From Octopus vulgaris (taxonomy: Eukaryota): a DNA stretch of 64,000 bases. Each line of letters starts with the position of its first letter. The stretch's first letter is position 1. The position numbers were made by a program, and so were the translations under genes. Positions 59,591 to 64,000 of this stretch are shown here, in pieces. The notes beneath the pieces are model-generated. The model was not told the DNA's origin, did not search any database, and worked only from the letters and a program-made list of their open reading frames with translations. The stretch covers positions 65,224,001 to 65,288,000 of the forward strand of contig OX597826.1 in NCBI GenBank assembly GCA_951406725.2, written 5' to 3'.

Positions 59591-62500
59591 TACAGTAGTC
59601 CTCTGACATGTTTCTGCAGACTTCTATGATATTTTTAAAATTAATTAATCCACCAAAAAAAAGAAAAAATAAAAAAAAAATTGGTGAGATGTATTAAGGA
59701 AACATCAAATAACATTTCAAAAAAGAAAAAAAAAAAAGTATTAGTTGTAAGTTTTGTGTCTTAAGAAATATTTTGATAAAAATAGTATTAAAGAAGAAGA
59801 TGTTGTTAAACAATGCAGTCAAATATATATAAACACACAAACACATACACACACACATGTACTTCACAAACTGAAACATTTTCTACAGTTTCCTTTCACT
59901 TAAGAACACTATACCTTGATGTAGTTTAAACATTTTTGGATTTCTAATTTTGCAAAGAGAAGCAATATTGGGGAAACCAAACAGTTTTAATATCTTTTGA
60001 CTGGTATAACCCTAAGATCTTGTCATTGTTTTCTTCTTCCTATGGACAAAAAAAAAAAGATGGGAAGGGTGAGTGTAATGAAATGAATATTTTTGCGTTT
60101 TTTTTTTCCAACTTTTATTAATGAGTGCAGCTTTGATAATTTAAAAAAAAAAACAAATTTTAGTTAATAAGTACTTAAGATGATTGCTCTTCCCTCTGAT
60201 GTGGTGGCAAAATGGAAAAATTTTGAAGGGAGGTATGAATGAACAAGCACATTGTATATGTGTATGCACATTTGCACATGCATTCGTATGCATGCATATC
60301 TATACACAGAAAAAATAAAATGCAATGATCTCCATTCTCTTGGAGTTATTTTTTTTTTATATATATATATATAATTTTGTTTTGATGATTGCTAGTGTTT
60401 TGAAATATGGTATAAAAGCTTTCCACTTATCAATTTAACAGGAGGGGGACATGCGTGCACACACACACAAAATTATGATTTAAAGAGAAGAAATGAAATT
60501 AAAACTATTGAATTAGTGTTCAAAACCACAAAAGAGCAGAAATGACCCTTGTCCTCAATGTATCTCTTTGTTCAGAATTATTTTAAGATGCTTTGTTATA
60601 TAGTACTATAACTGCATTTTCTGTTTTTGTTGTTTAAAGAAAGCATTAAATCTTTAATTGAGGTATGTTCCATGCCCTGTTCAAGTGAAGTTTTCTCCAT
60701 TATCTTTGCTCCAAGAAAATCAAAGTTAGTGTCGACCAAAAAGTAAAATTACAAACAATAAAATGTTAGCTGAGAAGGAAGGCCTAAAGATGGTTTCTTG
60801 TTGCCAGTTCTTTACCTCAAATACTATGAGTATTTAAAAAAATATATATATATTTCTCATTTCATGAGCAAGACATTGAGTTACTGTGAGGCCAGTTAGA
60901 AATTTAATAAGAGAATTTACACTATTCATTATACCAATTTCACTTCTTTTTAAAATATTCTCTTGCATATTTTACTATCAACAGAACAGCTAAATTTGTT
61001 TATCTCCCTATAAGTTTGTTTTTGCAGTAGACTTTTAAAATCAAAATTTTTTCAGTTACTTTTTTATGTTCTTGTTTAGTTTAGATTTTGTGGAGGTGTT
61101 GGATTAATTTACTGGATTATTGGATTACTTTAACGAAAAGGCATATCTTTATTTTTTTTTTATAGAATCGCTGATCAAAAATTTGGAATAAAATGAAATA
61201 TTTATTTTTCAAAATTTGATGAAATTTAATATTTGATGTTAGGCAAAAGAAGAGCAGTAAGAGCCTAAAATTTATTAGGTGGGAAATTTTGTTGCAGATA
61301 TTTACCTAAATATTTATTTTCTTGTAACAATATTAATTTATGCACTATTTTAATTTAATTTTCAGTTTACTGGTTTTGAAAGTTTGGAAATTAAGTTTTG
61401 TTGTTGTTTTCATTCACCTTATTTAGTTTAAATTCTTTCAGTTTGAAGTTCTTTGTAAATGATTTACTTTGGTCCCCTTTTCCTTATCAAATAGATATAA
61501 AATTTCTTAGTCTACTTTTGAGTTGACCCTTCCGGTATTTCTTAGTAGTGTTTATAAGCATCTATTCTCTTCAACAAATTTTGAAGTTAGAATTTGATAA
61601 ATCACATAACTTTTAGTTGATGTCATTTGGGAATTTTAATTTAAGTTTTGATTTTTACTTTTCATTAATCTAACTGACTTTTTTTTCATACTAAAACAAT
61701 TATATTTTCTATTAGAAAGCTGGATTGTTCCTAACCCTCATTTTCAGAGTATGTTTAGATTTTTTTTTTCTGCAAAGCATGAGGTCATCTTTTGATAGAA
61801 AAGCATTTTATAATCAATCAGTTAATCAGCTAGTTGTTATTGTTGTCGTTAGCCATTTATTTATCTTGTATCTCATTTCCATTTTCATCACAACCTTGAC
61901 TACCTCTATGGGACATTTTATTTATTCACTGCTTCAATGTAATTTTTAACTCTTTGAAACTGAACAATTTTGGATACTTTATAATCAGCCTAAATTTTAT
62001 ATATATATATATAATATATATATATATCTTTATTAGTAAATGGAGTGAAAAAGATTTTTTTCATTTAATATATCTAATAATGAAATATAAATGGAGATGA
62101 TAATAATAATTATAACAATAACAATAATAATCTACCAGAAAAAAAAATGTTTCAGACTTAAGTCAAAGGTGACTCTGTATTGGCTGTTTGTATTAAATAA
62201 ATAGCAGTGTGATGCAGAGCTACTCTGATACAGAAGTTTTAATGGACTCTTCCTTCTGATATACTTCCAAAAAAAAAAAAATAAAAGAAGAAAAAAACAA
62301 ACAAAAAAAGCAAAAAACAAGCAAACAAAAAAACACTGATATAATATGTCTCACTAAATATCAATTATATTTACACACCAAAAAGACAGTTAATTTTTTC
62401 CCCCCTGTTTTTGATTATGAAACTATTTCTTCTAAAAAAAAAAAATAATTGAAATTACAAGAAACTAAGAATAACAGTAGAAATTATTTTTTCTATCTGT

Positions 62501-64000
62501 TGATTTAGAAATGTTGGGACGAAAACATTGGAAAATATTTTATTGTTGTAAAATATTTTATAGAAATAAACATTCGAAATAATATAGTGAAAGTTTATTA
62601 ACCAGTTTGAGTGAGAGAAAGAAATAAAAATCATTGGACAAATAAGATATGTCATTTTTGATAAACAGTTTCCCCTACATGAAACGGTGACATTTCCTCT
62701 TTAGTAATTAGATATCTTCACAAAAACTACAGGTTTAAAAATATATAAAGCTGTTTGTTGTTTGTTTCAGTAATATAAACTTTCTTTCCTTATTGCATTG
62801 TGATCATTTTCACATATTAAATGTATTATTATTATTATAATTTTCTCTTTCTTTCTTTCTCTCTCTCTCTCTCTGCTTCTCTATCACACAAATGATCTTT
62901 CTGACTGTTTTCAACAGATGCCTTCATCTCACCTATGTCTTCACTGATATTTGCATGTTTTGTTCCCTTCTTTGCTTTCCCCCTTTTCAAAATTAAGGTG
63001 AACAGTTCCACTAAAAGTATTATTTCTTGTGTTATATATATATATATATATATATCACCCAGTGTGTCTTGCTGGAATTTTTTTTATTCTTCCCATAATG
63101 TCATTCTTACATAAGAAGGTGGTCCAGTATTATTGGCTCTATTTTAGGTAGGTGACTGACTTCAAGATTTCAGGCTACTTAACAAGACAGCATATAAAGG
63201 AATGGTTGATAATTAATCTGAAACACAACCATGAACTTTATAATAAATTTGCTTATTAAAATTTGGTTTCTTTCAAAATACGAACTGGAATTTTTAGCTG
63301 TTGTTACAAACAGTTTTTATTCATTTTTTTTTGTTTTTTCTTTTTGTTGTAGTTAAGGAACATAGCATTTTCATAATATAATTTCCTATTTTGTTGGTTT
63401 TACAGCTAGGCTGTAAAATTCTTATTTGTTTTTATAAATCAGTTTAATACTTTTGAACAAGTGCTACGACCCTAAGAAATATTATTGCTATTCTAGTTTT
63501 CTTTGCCTATGTTTGTATGGAGACTATTATTAAACTTTCAGTTGTCTACTGTCCAACATTCTTTCAGAATATGTATCTCGTATAGCATCATCCTGACATC
63601 TTATCACCACTATTTTATCTCTTTCAATCTCCACCCTAGCCATGTCCACCCTCTCTCTTATAATGTGAGTAGATGTGTAGCTCCTCTACAGCAAGAAACT
63701 TGTTCTGTTCTGGCCCCTTCTATCACACTTTAACTTCTCATCCTATAGCATAAAGCCACCTCTCTCTGTACTGTAGCTCCACTCAGTCAAAAGTGATCTT
63801 AGTCTTGCAAATTGCGTGACTCACTAGTGCTGGGGTCACACCAAAAAAAACCAAAAAAAAACCCCAGTACATGCTATAAAGTGGTTGGTATTAAGGGAGT
63901 ACCCAGTTATAGAAATCATGCCAAAGCAGACATCAGAGCTTTCACATTCTTCAAACCTATTGGATCTTGTCAAACTGTCCACTCCACACCAGTATAGAAG

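Noticed and set aside
61140-61200. Strong-looking acceptor (t)nATAG as an extra NAA15 terminal exon
   Set aside because: No convincing donor in exon 22 and no homology in the short downstream frames; T-runs ending in AG are common here

Overview
AT-rich, intron-rich animal genomic DNA. The repeat landscape (CORE-type tRNA SINEs, RTE-tailed short repeats, long (TA)n/(CA)n tracts) suggests a coleoid cephalopod such as Octopus; that assignment is inferred. Two genes are transcribed divergently from a CpG-retaining region near 11.0-11.4 kb. On the + strand is a complete 22-exon NAA15/NAA16 (NatA auxiliary subunit) gene, 11400..58985, 2571 nt CDS, 856 aa, assembled by hand from splice sites with consistent phases. 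Its intron 3 is a U12-type (minor spliceosome) intron. On the - strand is the 5' part of a Rab33 GTPase gene (main exon 10601..10954), whose remaining exons lie left of the window. The introns hold decayed retroelements (Penelope-like, CR1/L2-like, RTE, a Gypsy integrase remnant), several MITE families (hAT-Charlie, Tc2/pogo, Tigger, piggyBac-like TTAA, a GG-ended element with 8-bp TSD) and microsatellites. The best leads are: Rab33-NAA15 head-to-head linkage echoing vertebrate NAA15-RAB33B adjacency; a probable hidden 5-nt first coding exon of Rab33; a second U12 branch site plus donor-like motif inside the minor intron; a ~500-nt intronic foldback; and a 57-codon open frame past the NAA15 stop. 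None is a demonstrated new system. Comparisons with human genes are from recall and need checking.
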